DNA of 64,000 nucleotides from Clostridia bacterium (GCA_017396225.1 JAFQMP010000015.1:18446-82445), one strand, 5' to 3'; shown: positions 13,294-22,841, numbered from the stretch's first letter. The notes: generated from the sequence alone by a model not told the origin. Numbers and translations: made by a program.

Positions 13294-14451
13294 TTAGTCA
13301 AGCTTCAAATCATTTTCTTTAATCCAGCCGATGCGGCGCAGCACCCACGCAAAGCCAAGCGAAAGCAGCGCAGGAAGGATAAAGCAAATCACCGCAATGC
13401 CGACCCAGTCAAGCCAGGTCACGGTAGAGGGATATTCACCGCCAAACCAGCCGAGAATGATGCCGATGGGGCCAAGCAGCCCGCAGGTACCCATACCCGA
13501 GTTAATGGCGGCGCCGTACATCTGCATACGGAAGACGCAGGTGGCAAGGGGACCCGTGATAGCAGAGGCCAGTGTCGGGGGAATCCAGATGCGGGGATTA
13601 CGCACAATGTTGGGCATCTGAATCATACTGGTGCCAAGGCCCTGGGAAACCAGACCGCCCCAGCTGTTTTCCTTAAAGCTCATGACGGCAAAGCCAATCA
13701 TCTGCGCACAGCAGCCCGCAACGGCGGCGCCGCCCGCAAGGGCAAGCCCCTCTCTGTTGGCGGGAATGGCACCGGTGGCAAGGGCAGCGCCCGACAGACC
13801 GATTGCGGCACAGATTGCGGCAGAGCTGATAGGCAGGGTGAGGGCAACGCCGACAACCACCGAGATAATCAGGCCCATGAGGAAGGGACGCTGCTCGGTT
13901 GCCCAGCCGATAAAGTCGCCGATATAGCTGACCAGCTCACCGATGTAGGGTGCAACCAGCACGGCAAGCACGCCGCCGACAAAGACGGTGACAAAAGGGG
14001 TAACGAGAATATCAACCTTGGTTTCTTTGGAAATCGCTTTGCCAAACTCTACGGCGACAATGGCGATGAGGAGTACGGCAAGCGGGCCACCCGCGCCGCC
14101 CTGCGTATTGGCAGCAAGACCGACAAGCGCTGCGGAATACATAACAAGGGGCGGTGCCTTCAGCGCAAAGGCGATGGCAACGGCCATGGCAGGGCCTGCG
14201 GCGGTTGCGCCGTAGCCGCCAATGGTTTTGAAGAAGGTAAGACCGGGAATTAAGCCGATTGCGTTAAAAATGGTGGCAATCAGCAGTGAGCCAAAAAGAC
14301 CCAACGCCATTGCGCCGAGTGCATCAATGCCATAGCGCTTGGCGGAAAAAACAATATTCTTTCTTGCAAGAAATCTCGCAAAACGAGATTTTTGTTTGCG
14401 GGTATCGGTGGGTTCTTCTGCGGGTGCAACTTCTTTTTCAAGCTCTTTCAT
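13294..14451 (-). CDS. PTS EIIC-like integral membrane protein (PfoR/COG3641-type)
   Basis: 385 aa and polytopic. Gly/Ala-rich helices with 'GTSMIQMPNIVRNP' and 'GMGTCGLLGPIG' resemble PfoR-family EIIC-like proteins. No EIIA, EIIB or HPr gene is nearby. Confidence 0.5.
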   Translation of the reverse strand: MKELEKEVAPAEEPTDTRKQKSRFARFLARKNIVFSAKRYGIDALGAMALGLFGSLLIATIFNAIGLIPGLTFFKTIGGYGATAAGPAMAVAIAFALKAPPLVMYSAALVGLAANTQGGAGGPLAVLLIAIVAVEFGKAISKETKVDILVTPFVTVFVGGVLAVLVAPYIGELVSYIGDFIGWATEQRPFLMGLIISVVVGVALTLPISSAAICAAIGLSGAALATGAIPANREGLALAGGAAVAGCCAQMIGFAVMSFKENSWGGLVSQGLGTSMIQMPNIVRNPRIWIPPTLASAITGPLATCVFRMQMYGAAINSGMGTCGLLGPIGIILGWFGGEYPSTVTWLDWVGIAVICFILPALLSLGFAWVLRRIGWIKENDLKLD

Positions 14452-14469
14452 TTTGGAGAGTTCCTTTCT

Positions 14470-15225
14470 TTATTGTTTTTTGAAAAGGTCAAGAATGGGT
14501 GATGCGGCAAGGTCTGCCGCTCCGTGTGTTCTTTCGGTTAGCCGACCGAGCAGGGGGGTGTAGGACCTGTCCGAGAAGATGAAGTGCTCAAGCAGTGGGA
14601 TTTCCAGCAGATCAAGCGCTTCCTTCAGGCGGTGTGTCAGCGCAAAATCGTCATTTGACGGAATTGCCAGACCGCTTGGGTGGTTGTGCGCCACCACAAC
14701 TGCTGCTGCGTGCTTGGTGTAGGCACGCTCTGCCACGGTGCGCACCGAAATGGATACGCTTGAAACGGAGCCGTCGCCGACAGGAAAGCAATCAAGCGGG
14801 CGCAGGCTGTTGTCAAGCAGCAGGGCATACGCAAGCTCCTTGGTTGCGCCGATGAAGCGGGGGAGTAAAAATGCGGCAAGCTTTTTGGGGGTATCCAGTG
14901 CTGCCGGGCGTACTGAGCCCGCGCTCAGCTTTTCGGCGGTGTAGCGCTTGGCAAGCTCGCCAATCAGGGAGAGGAAAATTGCTGCGTTTTCACCGATGCC
15001 AAACACCGTTTCGAGGTGGGAGCGGTCAGCATCAAGGATACCTTCAATTGAGCCGAAGGCCTCAATCAGCGCGTGCGCGGTTTCGTTTGTATCGCCACGG
15101 GCGTTGGTGTGGTAAAGGAGCATTTCGAGCAGCTCGTGTGACGCAAAGGTGGCGGGGGCGGAGGCCTTGAAGCGCGCACGCATTCGCGCGCGGTGTCCTG
15201 TATGTGGATTCTTTTGTTCAGCCAT
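14470..15225 (-). CDS. radC: RadC-family JAB/MPN domain protein
   Basis: JAB motif 'VVAHNHPSG'. I moved the start to ATG 15225 (residue 17 of the track ORF), which has an AAAGGAAGG RBS. Confidence 0.85.
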   Translation of the reverse strand: MAEQKNPHTGHRARMRARFKASAPATFASHELLEMLLYHTNARGDTNETAHALIEAFGSIEGILDADRSHLETVFGIGENAAIFLSLIGELAKRYTAEKLSAGSVRPAALDTPKKLAAFLLPRFIGATKELAYALLLDNSLRPLDCFPVGDGSVSSVSISVRTVAERAYTKHAAAVVVAHNHPSGLAIPSNDDFALTHRLKEALDLLEIPLLEHFIFSDRSYTPLLGRLTERTHGAADLAASPILDLFKKQ

Positions 15226-15344
15226 AGAGTACCTTCCTTTATAAGAGGATATACTTATTTCAGTATGACACACAATTTGGAAAAAATCAAGGGGTTTGTG
15301 AAAAATTTGTCAGATTTTTTGAAAAAACCATTGCATTGAGCGAT

Positions 15345-15375
15345 AGAAAAAGCGCTCCCCAAAGGGGAGCGCCAA
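15345..15375 (-). terminator. intrinsic terminator downstream of MATE gene 1
   Basis: GGCGCTCCCC-TTT-GGGGAGCGC hairpin on the minus strand, followed by TTTTTCT. Confidence 0.7.
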
Positions 15376-15377
15376 TT

Positions 15378-16826
15378 TTAGTGATGAAGGGACAGGGCGT
15401 GGATTTCTTCCGCGGTTTTGCGCGTTTTGATGAGGTGCCTGAGGGAAAGCAGGGCGCAGATAAATTGGGCAATTGCGGTGAGCGCCCAGGAGATTGGGTA
15501 GGAAAGGTAGATGATTTCAAGTGTCGGATTGGCGCGGAAGACGGTGCAAATCCATACGATGCGGAGGAGACAGGCGCCGACCAACGAAATAAAGGTAGAG
15601 GAGAGTGATTTGCCAAGTCCGCGTACCACGCCGCAGCCCGTTTCCATAAAAGCGAGGAAGAAATAGGGAATGAACAAATAAAGCATACGGGAGTAGGCGG
15701 CGTCGTAGGCAAGGGCGGAAATCGTATCGGGTGTGCCGGGTGTGACATCGTAGAGTGCCAGCAGCGGCTCACGCAGCAGCAGCATACCAAATCCGAATAT
15801 TGCTGCCACGATGAAGGAGATAAGGTAGCAGCAGAGCATAACGCGCCGCACGCGCTCGTACTTGGCAGCCCCCACATTCTGGCTGGTAAAGGTGATAGAT
15901 GCCTGGTAGACCGAGTTTTGCGCGGTGTAGATAAAGCCCTCAAGATTTGCTGCTGCGGCGTTCCCCTTTACCACGGGCTGATAAGCGCTGCCTGCAGGGG
16001 CAAGCGCGTTGTTGACCTGTAGAATAGAGGATTGTATCAGCATATTGGAAATGGAGAAAAGAGAGCCCTGTACACCTGCGGGGAGACCGATGTAAACAAT
16101 ACTGCGGAAGGCGTGACGGTCAAAGCATAGTCTGCGTAGCGAAAAACGGCAGAAGCCTTTGTCGTGTGTAAGCTTGATGAGCAAAAGGACGGCGGATACG
16201 ACGTTGGAAAGCACGGTGGCAAGGGCGACGCCCTCGACCGACAGATGCAGCACAAGTACAAAGAAAAGATTAAAGACAACGTTGACAAGTCCTGCCACCG
16301 AGAGGATAACGAGCGGTGTTTTGGTGTCACCCTTGGCGCGGAAGATAGCAATCAGATAATTGGTCAGTGCAACGGCGGGGGCACCTGCAAAATAAATCTG
16401 ACAATAGAGCGTTGCGAGGTCAAGCAGCTTGCCCGCGGTGGTACCCATGAGTGCAAGCACAGGGCGGGAGATAATCAGGCCGATGACGGCGGCAATCATA
16501 CCGAAAGCAACACTCATCGCGATGGCGGTGTGTACGGTGCGTGAGGTTTGCTCCTCATCGCGGGCACCGAGGTGGCGCGCAACCATAACATTGGCACCTG
16601 TCGCAAAGCCCATAAAGACATTGATTACCAGGTTAATAAAGGAGCCTGTTACACCGATGGCGCCGACGGCGTCTGCCTCGGCAGAAAGGCCTACGACAAT
16701 CATATCGGCGGCATTATAAAGGGTTTGCAGCAGGTTTGTTGCCATCAACGGCAGTATAAAAATGAGAATTTTACCGAAAAGCGGCCCCTCGGTCATCACG
16801 AGCGGCCTTTTCTTTGTGGCTACCAT
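15378..16826 (-). CDS. MATE family efflux transporter (paralog 1)
   Basis: Polytopic; MatE N-terminus 'LMATNLLQTLYNAADMIVVG'. I trimmed the start to ATG 16826 because the longer track ORF runs through a consensus promoter and overlaps the divergent GNAT gene. Confidence 0.85.
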   Translation of the reverse strand: MVATKKRPLVMTEGPLFGKILIFILPLMATNLLQTLYNAADMIVVGLSAEADAVGAIGVTGSFINLVINVFMGFATGANVMVARHLGARDEEQTSRTVHTAIAMSVAFGMIAAVIGLIISRPVLALMGTTAGKLLDLATLYCQIYFAGAPAVALTNYLIAIFRAKGDTKTPLVILSVAGLVNVVFNLFFVLVLHLSVEGVALATVLSNVVSAVLLLIKLTHDKGFCRFSLRRLCFDRHAFRSIVYIGLPAGVQGSLFSISNMLIQSSILQVNNALAPAGSAYQPVVKGNAAAANLEGFIYTAQNSVYQASITFTSQNVGAAKYERVRRVMLCCYLISFIVAAIFGFGMLLLREPLLALYDVTPGTPDTISALAYDAAYSRMLYLFIPYFFLAFMETGCGVVRGLGKSLSSTFISLVGACLLRIVWICTVFRANPTLEIIYLSYPISWALTAIAQFICALLSLRHLIKTRKTAEEIHALSLHH

Positions 16827-16866
16827 TTTTTCACCGTAAGCGACAGGGCGCTTCCTTTCTAACCTC

Positions 16867-16895
16867 ATTATAATGACGCAAAGTGGCAAAGTCAA
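16867..16895 (-). promoter_or_regulatory. sigma-70-type promoter for MATE gene 1
   Basis: Minus strand reads TTGACT (16895-16890), a 17-nt spacer, then TATAAT (16872-16867), about 40 nt upstream of the ATG at 16826. Confidence 0.6.
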
Positions 16896-16994
16896 CCCTT
16901 TTTGATTTTTATTTATAAAAATCATTGCGCGAGGGGCTTGCATCGGTGGCGAAATGCTGTTATAATAGGGCAGAAGAACAAAGGGGGAGCGAAA

Positions 16995-17501
16995 ATGGAG
17001 CTGATACCAATTTGGGCAACCGATTTTGATGATATATATGAGGCGATGATTGAGGCATTTCCCTACGAGGAACGCCGTGACCGCGCGGCAGCGCGCGCAT
17101 TGCTTGATGAGCCTGCGTATCGGATTTTTCATACCGTAAGGGACGGTGTGCGCGTAGGCTTTATCACGGTCTGGGAGCTTGGGGATATCGCGTTTGCTGA
17201 GCATTTTGTGACCTATCCCGCATATCGCAACAAGGGATATGGCGCGCAGGTGATTGCGCGCTTACAGGGGCTTTATCCGCAGATTGTATTAGAGGTGGAG
17301 CCCCCCGACACACCGCTTGCCGCAAGGCGCATGGCGTTTTATGGGCGCACGGGCTTTGTGGCGAATGATTACCCTTATCTGCAGCCCTCGTATCACGGTG
17401 CGCGCGCAGGTGTGCCGCTTGTCCTGATGAGCTATCCCGAGGCACTTGTCAATCCCGAGGCGATTGCCGCAAGGCTTTATAAAGAGGTTTATAAGCAATA
17501 A
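16995..17501 (+). CDS. GNAT family N-acetyltransferase
   Basis: 168 aa from ATG 16995 (RBS AAGGGGGAG). Acetyl-CoA motif 'YRNKGYGAQVI'. Confidence 0.8.
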   Translation: MELIPIWATDFDDIYEAMIEAFPYEERRDRAAARALLDEPAYRIFHTVRDGVRVGFITVWELGDIAFAEHFVTYPAYRNKGYGAQVIARLQGLYPQIVLEVEPPDTPLAARRMAFYGRTGFVANDYPYLQPSYHGARAGVPLVLMSYPEALVNPEAIAARLYKEVYKQ

Positions 17502-17527
17502 AAAAAGCCCCATTCGGGGCTTTTTTA
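17501..17527. terminator. bidirectional intrinsic terminator
   Basis: AAAAAA-GCCCC-ATTC-GGGGC-TTTTTT between the convergent GNAT (+) and MATE 2 (-) genes. Confidence 0.8.
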
Positions 17528-18937
17528 TGTTTTTTGCGGTTTCGTTTTTTTGCGAATGACAATCAGCACCAGCAGGAGTTGGGCTGCCGTGGTCACAATC
17601 CAGGAAAGCGGATAGGAAATAAAGATAGAGGCAAGTGTCCCCCTCGTCGGAAACACCGTTGCAATCCAGACAATGCGCAGCAGGCAGGTGCCGACCAGGG
17701 TTATCAGGGTTGAGGTAACTGATTTTTTCAATCCCCTCGCCACACCTGTGCAGGTATCCAAAAAGGCGTAAAGCGGGAAGGGCAACAGGTGAAGGAGAAG
17801 GCGTTGATAGCCTGCGTCATAAGCAAGATAATCCAGGGTGCCGACGGCACCGTTTCTGACGCCATAGAGGGCGAGCAGCGGGGTTCTTGCAAAAAAGAGG
17901 ATAAGGGTGGCAACGGTGCCTAACAGCACGGTGGCAACCGAGCAGGCGAGGAAGGAGCGCCGCACGCGGTCATAGCGGTCAGCGCCTGCATTCTGGCTGG
18001 TAAAGGTCAATGCCGCCTGGTGGAGTGCGGTGCTGACGGCGAAGGCAAAGTTTTCAAGATTGGTGGCAGCCGCCGCGCCCTTCACAATAGGCTGATATGC
18101 GCTGCCCACGGGGGCAAGTGCGTTATTGACCTGCAGAATAGAGGATTGAATGATGATGTTGGAGAGGGAGAACATGGCCGATTGCAGACCTGCGGGCAAT
18201 CCCACGTGCAAAATCTCGCCGAATGCGGTGCGGTCAAAGCACAGGCGGCGCAGGGAGAAGCGGCAGGGGCTTTTATCCTTTGCCAAGCGAATGAGCAGCA
18301 CGACGGCGCTTGCGGCGTTGGAGATGGCGGTGGCAAGCGCCACGCCGTCCACCGACATATCAAATAAGAACACAAAGCCGAGATTTAATAAAACGTTCAG
18401 CAGACCGCCTGCCGTCAGTACGATAAAGGGCGTCTTGGTGTCGCCCTTGGCGCGCAGAATAGAAATGGCGTAGTTGGTGACAGATACGAAGGGGACACCC
18501 AGGAAATAGACCTTTGTGTAGAGGTCGGCAAGCTCCAGCAGCTTGTCCTCTGCGCCCATGAGGTGCAGCAGCGGGCGGGAAATCAGTGTGCCGACAGCGG
18601 CACAGGCAATGCCGAAAACAAGGCTCATCAGAATGGCGGTGTGGACGGTTTTGGAAACGCGGCCTTCGTCCTTGGCACCGAGGTGGCGCGCCACGATAAC
18701 GGTAGCGCCCGCGGCAAAGCCGATAAACAGATTGACAATCAGGTGCACGAGTGAGGAGCAGGCGCCGATTGCACCGACGGCATCTGGCTCTGATGAAAGC
18801 CCCACAATCACCATATCGGCGGTGCTGTACAGAATTTGCAACAGGTTGGTTGCAATAAGGGGTAATGCAAACCGGATAATGCGCGAAAAAATCGCTCCCT
18901 CGGTAAAATTGTGCTTTTTGAGCGCTGCGGTTTCCAA
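17525..18937 (-). CDS. MATE family efflux transporter (paralog 2)
   Basis: 470 aa. 'LIATNLLQILYSTADMIVVG', colinear with paralog 1 along the whole length. TTG start. Confidence 0.85.
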   Translation of the reverse strand: METAALKKHNFTEGAIFSRIIRFALPLIATNLLQILYSTADMVIVGLSSEPDAVGAIGACSSLVHLIVNLFIGFAAGATVIVARHLGAKDEGRVSKTVHTAILMSLVFGIACAAVGTLISRPLLHLMGAEDKLLELADLYTKVYFLGVPFVSVTNYAISILRAKGDTKTPFIVLTAGGLLNVLLNLGFVFLFDMSVDGVALATAISNAASAVVLLIRLAKDKSPCRFSLRRLCFDRTAFGEILHVGLPAGLQSAMFSLSNIIIQSSILQVNNALAPVGSAYQPIVKGAAAATNLENFAFAVSTALHQAALTFTSQNAGADRYDRVRRSFLACSVATVLLGTVATLILFFARTPLLALYGVRNGAVGTLDYLAYDAGYQRLLLHLLPFPLYAFLDTCTGVARGLKKSVTSTLITLVGTCLLRIVWIATVFPTRGTLASIFISYPLSWIVTTAAQLLLVLIVIRKKTKPQKT

Positions 18938-19080
18938 GGCTTTCCCCCCCTTTCTTTCGTTGCTTTTATTATAGGCTCTGCAAGCCGTAATGTCAATGTT
19001 TTATAAAAATAAAAGTAACGGTGGAATTTTTGCCCTGAATGTGTTATGATAAAAGAGGAATAACCGAAAGGAGATTGATT

Positions 19081-19380
19081 ATGGTCAAGCATATGATTAT
19101 CTGGAAAATGAAGGACGAGGTAGCCGATAAGGCGGCAACCGCGATGGAAATCAAGAGGGCACTTGAGGGGCTGGTCGGTAAAATCGAGGGCCTTATCGAG
19201 ATGCATATTCTCACCGAGTGCTATGCCTGCTCTGCAGGTGACGTGATGATGGATTCAAGCTTTACCGATTTTGCGGCACTTGAGGCATATCAGAAGCACC
19301 CCCTGCACGTTGCGATTGCAGACGGACTTGTCCGCCCCGCGATGTGCCAGCGACTTTCCTTCGATTATGACGTATTATAA
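19081..19380 (+). CDS. Dabb (stress-responsive dimeric alpha/beta barrel) family protein
   Basis: 99 aa from ATG 19081 (RBS GAAAGGAG). 'MVKHMIIWKMKD...AYQKHPLH' is typical of the Dabb domain. Confidence 0.75.
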   Translation: MVKHMIIWKMKDEVADKAATAMEIKRALEGLVGKIEGLIEMHILTECYACSAGDVMMDSSFTDFAALEAYQKHPLHVAIADGLVRPAMCQRLSFDYDVL

Positions 19381-19390
19381 AAAAGATAAA

Positions 19391-19419
19391 AAGAACTCCA
19401 CTGTGTGGAGTTCTTTTTT
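19391..19419. terminator. bidirectional intrinsic terminator
   Basis: AAGAACTCCAC-TGT-GTGGAGTTCTT hairpin plus a T-run, between the Dabb (+) and XRE (-) stops. Confidence 0.8.
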
Positions 19420-19420
19420 G

Positions 19421-19645
19421 CTATTTTTTAGCGGTGCGCGGATAAGGGCGCTCGTCGTCAGTTAGTCCGGCAAGGTAATCCATGCTGGTGTCCAGGGCAA
19501 GGGCGAGCTTGCGGCATTGCTCAAAGGTAAAGTAACGCTTGCCGCTTTCAATTTTAGAATAGTCGCTTTGGTCAATGCCCGTTAGCATCTGTATCCCGAT
19601 TTGCGTATAACCCTTTTTCTTGCGCAGCTCCTTCAATCGGCTCAT
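19421..19645 (-). CDS. XRE-family helix-turn-helix transcriptional regulator
   Basis: 74 aa. HTH_3 pattern 'LKELRKKKGYTQIGIQMLTGIDQSDYSKIESGKR'. Confidence 0.85.
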   Translation of the reverse strand: MSRLKELRKKKGYTQIGIQMLTGIDQSDYSKIESGKRYFTFEQCRKLALALDTSMDYLAGLTDDERPYPRTAKK

Positions 19646-19684
19646 TCAAATCCCCCCTCATATAAATTATGTCAATTTTCCCTA

Positions 19685-19713
19685 TTGAAAATAAGGTGAA
19701 ACTGACCTAAAAT
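19685..19713 (+). promoter_or_regulatory. sigma-70-type promoter for the small Cys-rich gene
   Basis: TTGAAA (19685-19690), 17-nt spacer, TAAAAT (19708-19713), about 20 nt upstream of the ATG at 19733. Confidence 0.5.
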
Positions 19714-19732
19714 ATAAGGGGAGGTGAGTAAA

Positions 19733-20017
19733 ATGGCTGAGATTTGTTTTGAATGCTATCAAAAGAGATGCAAATACAAATGTAGTAAGTATGATTTTAT
19801 ATTAACGTCGACCCCTGAACTTTGTGAGGGGTGCGGAGAATACAAACCTGTTATATTACAAAGAAGCAATTATTTTTCAGATTCGCGTTGGTTTATTATT
19901 GATTGCTTGCGGCTTTTTTTGCGCTTGTTTGGCGCTGGGATATGTGCACTTTTTTGCTTTTTGAAAAAGCGCAGAAAGCGCAAAAAGAATCAATCAAAAA
20001 AACGAAGATGTAAGTAA
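19733..20017 (+). CDS. small Cys-rich membrane protein with polybasic tail (hypothetical)
   Basis: 94 aa from ATG 19733 (RBS GGGAGGTGA). CxxC pairs at residues 5-8 and 31-34, one TM helix 'LFLRLFGAGICALFCFL', tail 'KKRRKRKKNQSKKRRCK'. AT-rich codon usage. Confidence 0.55.
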   Translation: MAEICFECYQKRCKYKCSKYDFILTSTPELCEGCGEYKPVILQRSNYFSDSRWFIIDCLRLFLRLFGAGICALFCFLKKRRKRKKNQSKKRRCK

Positions 20018-20075
20018 ACCCTCTTTTTGCGGGTTGCTTTGCGGCATTATTTCTCGTTTTGTAATTGTGCATAAC

Positions 20076-20106
20076 AAAAAGAACACCGCAGCGCGGTGTT
20101 CTTTTT
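20076..20106. terminator. bidirectional intrinsic terminator
   Basis: AAAAA-GAACACCGC-AGC-GCGGTGTTC-TTTTT between convergent genes. Confidence 0.8.
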
Positions 20107-20111
20107 GTTGC

Positions 20112-21437
20112 TTATCTGGGAGCGCCGACCTCGGCAGGCGCCTCGGCCTGTGCGGCAAGCTCCATTTTTTGCTTTGCCTCCTCACGTGCGGAGGTTTTAC
20201 CCTCGGGTCTGATATCACCTGCGCGGAGCAGCGACATTTTGGTCAGCATCGGGCCGACAAGCTCATAGACGAGCACGGCCATCAGGGTGATGTTGGAAAT
20301 AATCATGCCCTGTTCACCGAGCGCGTCCTTGGCCTTGATTGCCATGCCGAGCGCAACACCCGCCTGGGGCAGAAGGGTGATGCCGAGATATTTGACAATG
20401 TTGGGGTCACATTTTGTGAATTTTGCGCTTGCGTACGCACCGCTGTATTTGCCCACGGAGCGTGCAATAATGTAAACAACGCCGATGATGACAATGGCAA
20501 GGTCACCGAAGACCGAAAGCTCAAGCTCTGCACCGCTGAGGACAAAGAAGAGCAGGAACATCGGTGCCGTCCAACGGTCAAGTCTGTCCATTAGCTCCTC
20601 GGAGAAGTCACAGGTGTTGCAGAATACCGTGCCCAGCATCATACAGGTGAGCAGGGAGGAGAAGGCTACGTGTACACCGCCGACCTCAAACTTGAGCATA
20701 GAGAGCGCCACCGTCAGCAGCACAAAGCCCACCGACATCGAAAGACGCTTGGAGCGGGAATGGAAGAAGCGCTCAAAGAAGGTGATGAGGAAGCCCATAA
20801 TTGCACCGAGAAGGAGAGAAAGGACAATCTCAACCAGCGGCTCCACGATAATCGAAACAATGTCGGGCGAGCCTGCAATCAGCGCCTTGGATACGCCGAA
20901 GGAAATGGCAAAGAGAATGAGGCCGACAGCGTCATCAAGTGCAACGACGGGGAGCAGAATATCGGTAAGCGGCCCCTTTGCCTTGTACTGGCGGACAACC
21001 ATGAGGGTTGCGGCAGGGGCGGTTGCGGAGGCAACGGCACCAAGCACGATAGCCGCGGGTAGGGAGAGCTTGTCGGGCATTGCAAAGTGCAGACCGATGA
21101 GCGCGGCATCTACCAAAAGGGTTGCAACCACTGCCTGGAAAATGCCGATAATGGTTGCTTGCTTGCCGATTTTCTTCAATTGCGGCACGCGGAACTCGTT
21201 GCCGATAGAGAAGGCGATGAAGCCGAGCGCAACGTCACAGATGATGCCGAAGCTCTTGACGTTTTCGGCGCTGGTAAAGCCAAGACCGGGTACGTTAAAT
21301 GCGCCAAGCACGTAAGGACCAATCAGAATACCTGCAATCAGGTAAGCGGTCACGGCGGGGAGCGATGCCAGCTTAGCCAGACGCGAGAGCATCAGACCCG
21401 CAATCAGTGCTATGGCAAGGGGAAGCAGGATTTCCAT
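20112..21437 (-). CDS. cation:proton antiporter (CPA2, Na+/H+ exchanger family)
   Basis: 441 aa and polytopic. N-terminus 'LPAVTAYLIAGILIGPYVLG' is typical of the Na_H_Exchanger family. Short acidic/basic soluble tail. Confidence 0.8.
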   Translation of the reverse strand: MEILLPLAIALIAGLMLSRLAKLASLPAVTAYLIAGILIGPYVLGAFNVPGLGFTSAENVKSFGIICDVALGFIAFSIGNEFRVPQLKKIGKQATIIGIFQAVVATLLVDAALIGLHFAMPDKLSLPAAIVLGAVASATAPAATLMVVRQYKAKGPLTDILLPVVALDDAVGLILFAISFGVSKALIAGSPDIVSIIVEPLVEIVLSLLLGAIMGFLITFFERFFHSRSKRLSMSVGFVLLTVALSMLKFEVGGVHVAFSSLLTCMMLGTVFCNTCDFSEELMDRLDRWTAPMFLLFFVLSGAELELSVFGDLAIVIIGVVYIIARSVGKYSGAYASAKFTKCDPNIVKYLGITLLPQAGVALGMAIKAKDALGEQGMIISNITLMAVLVYELVGPMLTKMSLLRAGDIRPEGKTSAREEAKQKMELAAQAEAPAEVGAPR

Positions 21438-21564
21438 AAGATATCACCTCGTAGGATTTTTTGAAACCAACTGATTATAGCATTAAAGCGGCGAAAAAGT
21501 CAATAGTTTTTTACATATTTATTATAAATGTATTTATTCGTTTGCGCTATGGATTGCCACGCAC

Positions 21565-21593
21565 CAAAAAAAGCCGCCTTAAGGCGGCTTTTT
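21565..21593 (-). terminator. intrinsic terminator ending the acyl-transfer cassette
   Basis: Minus strand AGCCGCC-TTAA-GGCGGCT followed by a T7 run, immediately after the stop of the LRAT::PPTase gene. Confidence 0.8.
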
Positions 21594-22587
21594 ACGCTAA
21601 TTTTATATCCTTGAAGACGCGCACGGCGTGCGGCGTAGCGGTTGCAACCGACCAGGCGTAGGTCCTGTCTTCTACGGTAAGGCTGCCTTGTTTCAGAGAG
21701 GCGGTGGTGGTATCAATCTCGGAAAGACGCAGTCCGCCCTTCGCTTGCTTGAATACTGCCTCCTTGCCCGTAAAGCAGGAAATCAGATAGGCGGTTTTCT
21801 CGGCTGCGGGCAGGCCTTTCCATTCCGTTTGCTCGTTTTCGGTGAAAATACGCGCGGCAAGCGCCTCGTCACTGTGGGTGCGCACGCGCTCAATGTCAAT
21901 GCCGACAGGGGTGCGGGAAACGGCGACAGCCAGCGCTCCCTCACTGTGGGAAAGGGAAAATTCCGCACCGTTTACCGTCCAACCGCCGTAAGGCTGCTTG
22001 GCAAAGGTGAGGCCTTCGGCACGCAGGCCCAGGCTGCGCTCCAGTCCGTAGCAGAGCAGCTGCCAGACGTAGTGCTTTTCCAGGCGCACGCGCTCGTTTG
22101 CGGTTTCCTCGATTTCCGCACGTCTTTCCGCGCAGATGATTGGCACCGTGGGTGCGACATCGGGCATCTTTGCGAAATACACATCAACAAGCGGCAGATT
22201 ACGGAAATAGGCACGCACGTCCTCTGCCTGACGGCAGATTTGCTTGCCCGAAATACATTCGTTTGCAAAATGCTCGCAGTTGTTGTAAAGAATGTGGTAG
22301 CCCTTCATGCCGATTTTGGCTCTGGCGTAGGAGACGGTTTCTGCGGCACTGCGGCGCGGTTCTCCCTCGTCAAACAAAGCAACCTCAGGCTTGCCGCCTG
22401 CAAGAAACGCGGTGAGGTCTGCGGCAAGCACCGTAATCTCGCTGTCCTGCAATCTTGCGCGCGCCGAAGGGGGGAGACCAAACTGAATGACCTCTTTTTC
22501 GGACACGTAAATGCCAAAGTGATAAATGCCGCCCAGTGCAACACGAATCATATCGCCGTAGGCGGGCTTTTTATGCTCCCACCGCAT
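21592..22587 (-). CDS. fusion protein: N-terminal LRAT/HRASLS-type (NlpC/P60 superfamily) acyltransferase domain plus C-terminal Sfp-type 4'-phosphopantetheinyl transferase
   Basis: 331 aa. LRAT motifs 'GDMIRV..GIYHFGIYV' and the catalytic-Cys motif 'YHILYNNCEHFANEC'. PPTase motifs 'FSLSHSEG', 'GIDIE', 'FTGKEAVFK'. The start shares 1 nt with the ACP stop. Confidence 0.8.
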   Translation of the reverse strand: MRWEHKKPAYGDMIRVALGGIYHFGIYVSEKEVIQFGLPPSARARLQDSEITVLAADLTAFLAGGKPEVALFDEGEPRRSAAETVSYARAKIGMKGYHILYNNCEHFANECISGKQICRQAEDVRAYFRNLPLVDVYFAKMPDVAPTVPIICAERRAEIEETANERVRLEKHYVWQLLCYGLERSLGLRAEGLTFAKQPYGGWTVNGAEFSLSHSEGALAVAVSRTPVGIDIERVRTHSDEALAARIFTENEQTEWKGLPAAEKTAYLISCFTGKEAVFKQAKGGLRLSEIDTTTASLKQGSLTVEDRTYAWSVATATPHAVRVFKDIKLA

Positions 22588-22841
22588 CAGACAGCCTTTT
22601 TTTCGATGTAGTCAATGACGTCGCCAACGGTCCTGAAGTCCGAAAAGCCCACGTCATCAAAGCGCAGGTTGAAAAACTCCTCAATCGCAATGACAACATA
22701 GAGCACGCCGACAGAGGAAAGTCCTACATCGGTAATCAGGTTAGATGCTTCGGTCAGGCCCTCAAGTCTGTCATCGGCAGGGAGCGCCATTTTCATCACG
22801 TCAAGGAGCTTTTCCTTGATTTCATTTCTTTGCATTGCCAT
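22587..22841 (-). CDS. acyl/peptidyl carrier protein
   Basis: 84 aa and acidic. Ppant-attachment motif 'DVGLSSVGVLYVV'. The start overlaps the ligase stop. Confidence 0.8.
   Translation of the reverse strand: MAMQRNEIKEKLLDVMKMALPADDRLEGLTEASNLITDVGLSSVGVLYVVIAIEEFFNLRFDDVGFSDFRTVGDVIDYIEKKAV

Noticed and set aside
15378-17204. The full 608-aa version of MATE gene 1 given in the track.
   Set aside because: The first 126 codons run through a consensus TTGACT, 17-nt spacer, TATAAT promoter and overlap the divergent GNAT gene. The MATE homology, compared with paralog 2, begins near the ATG at 16826.
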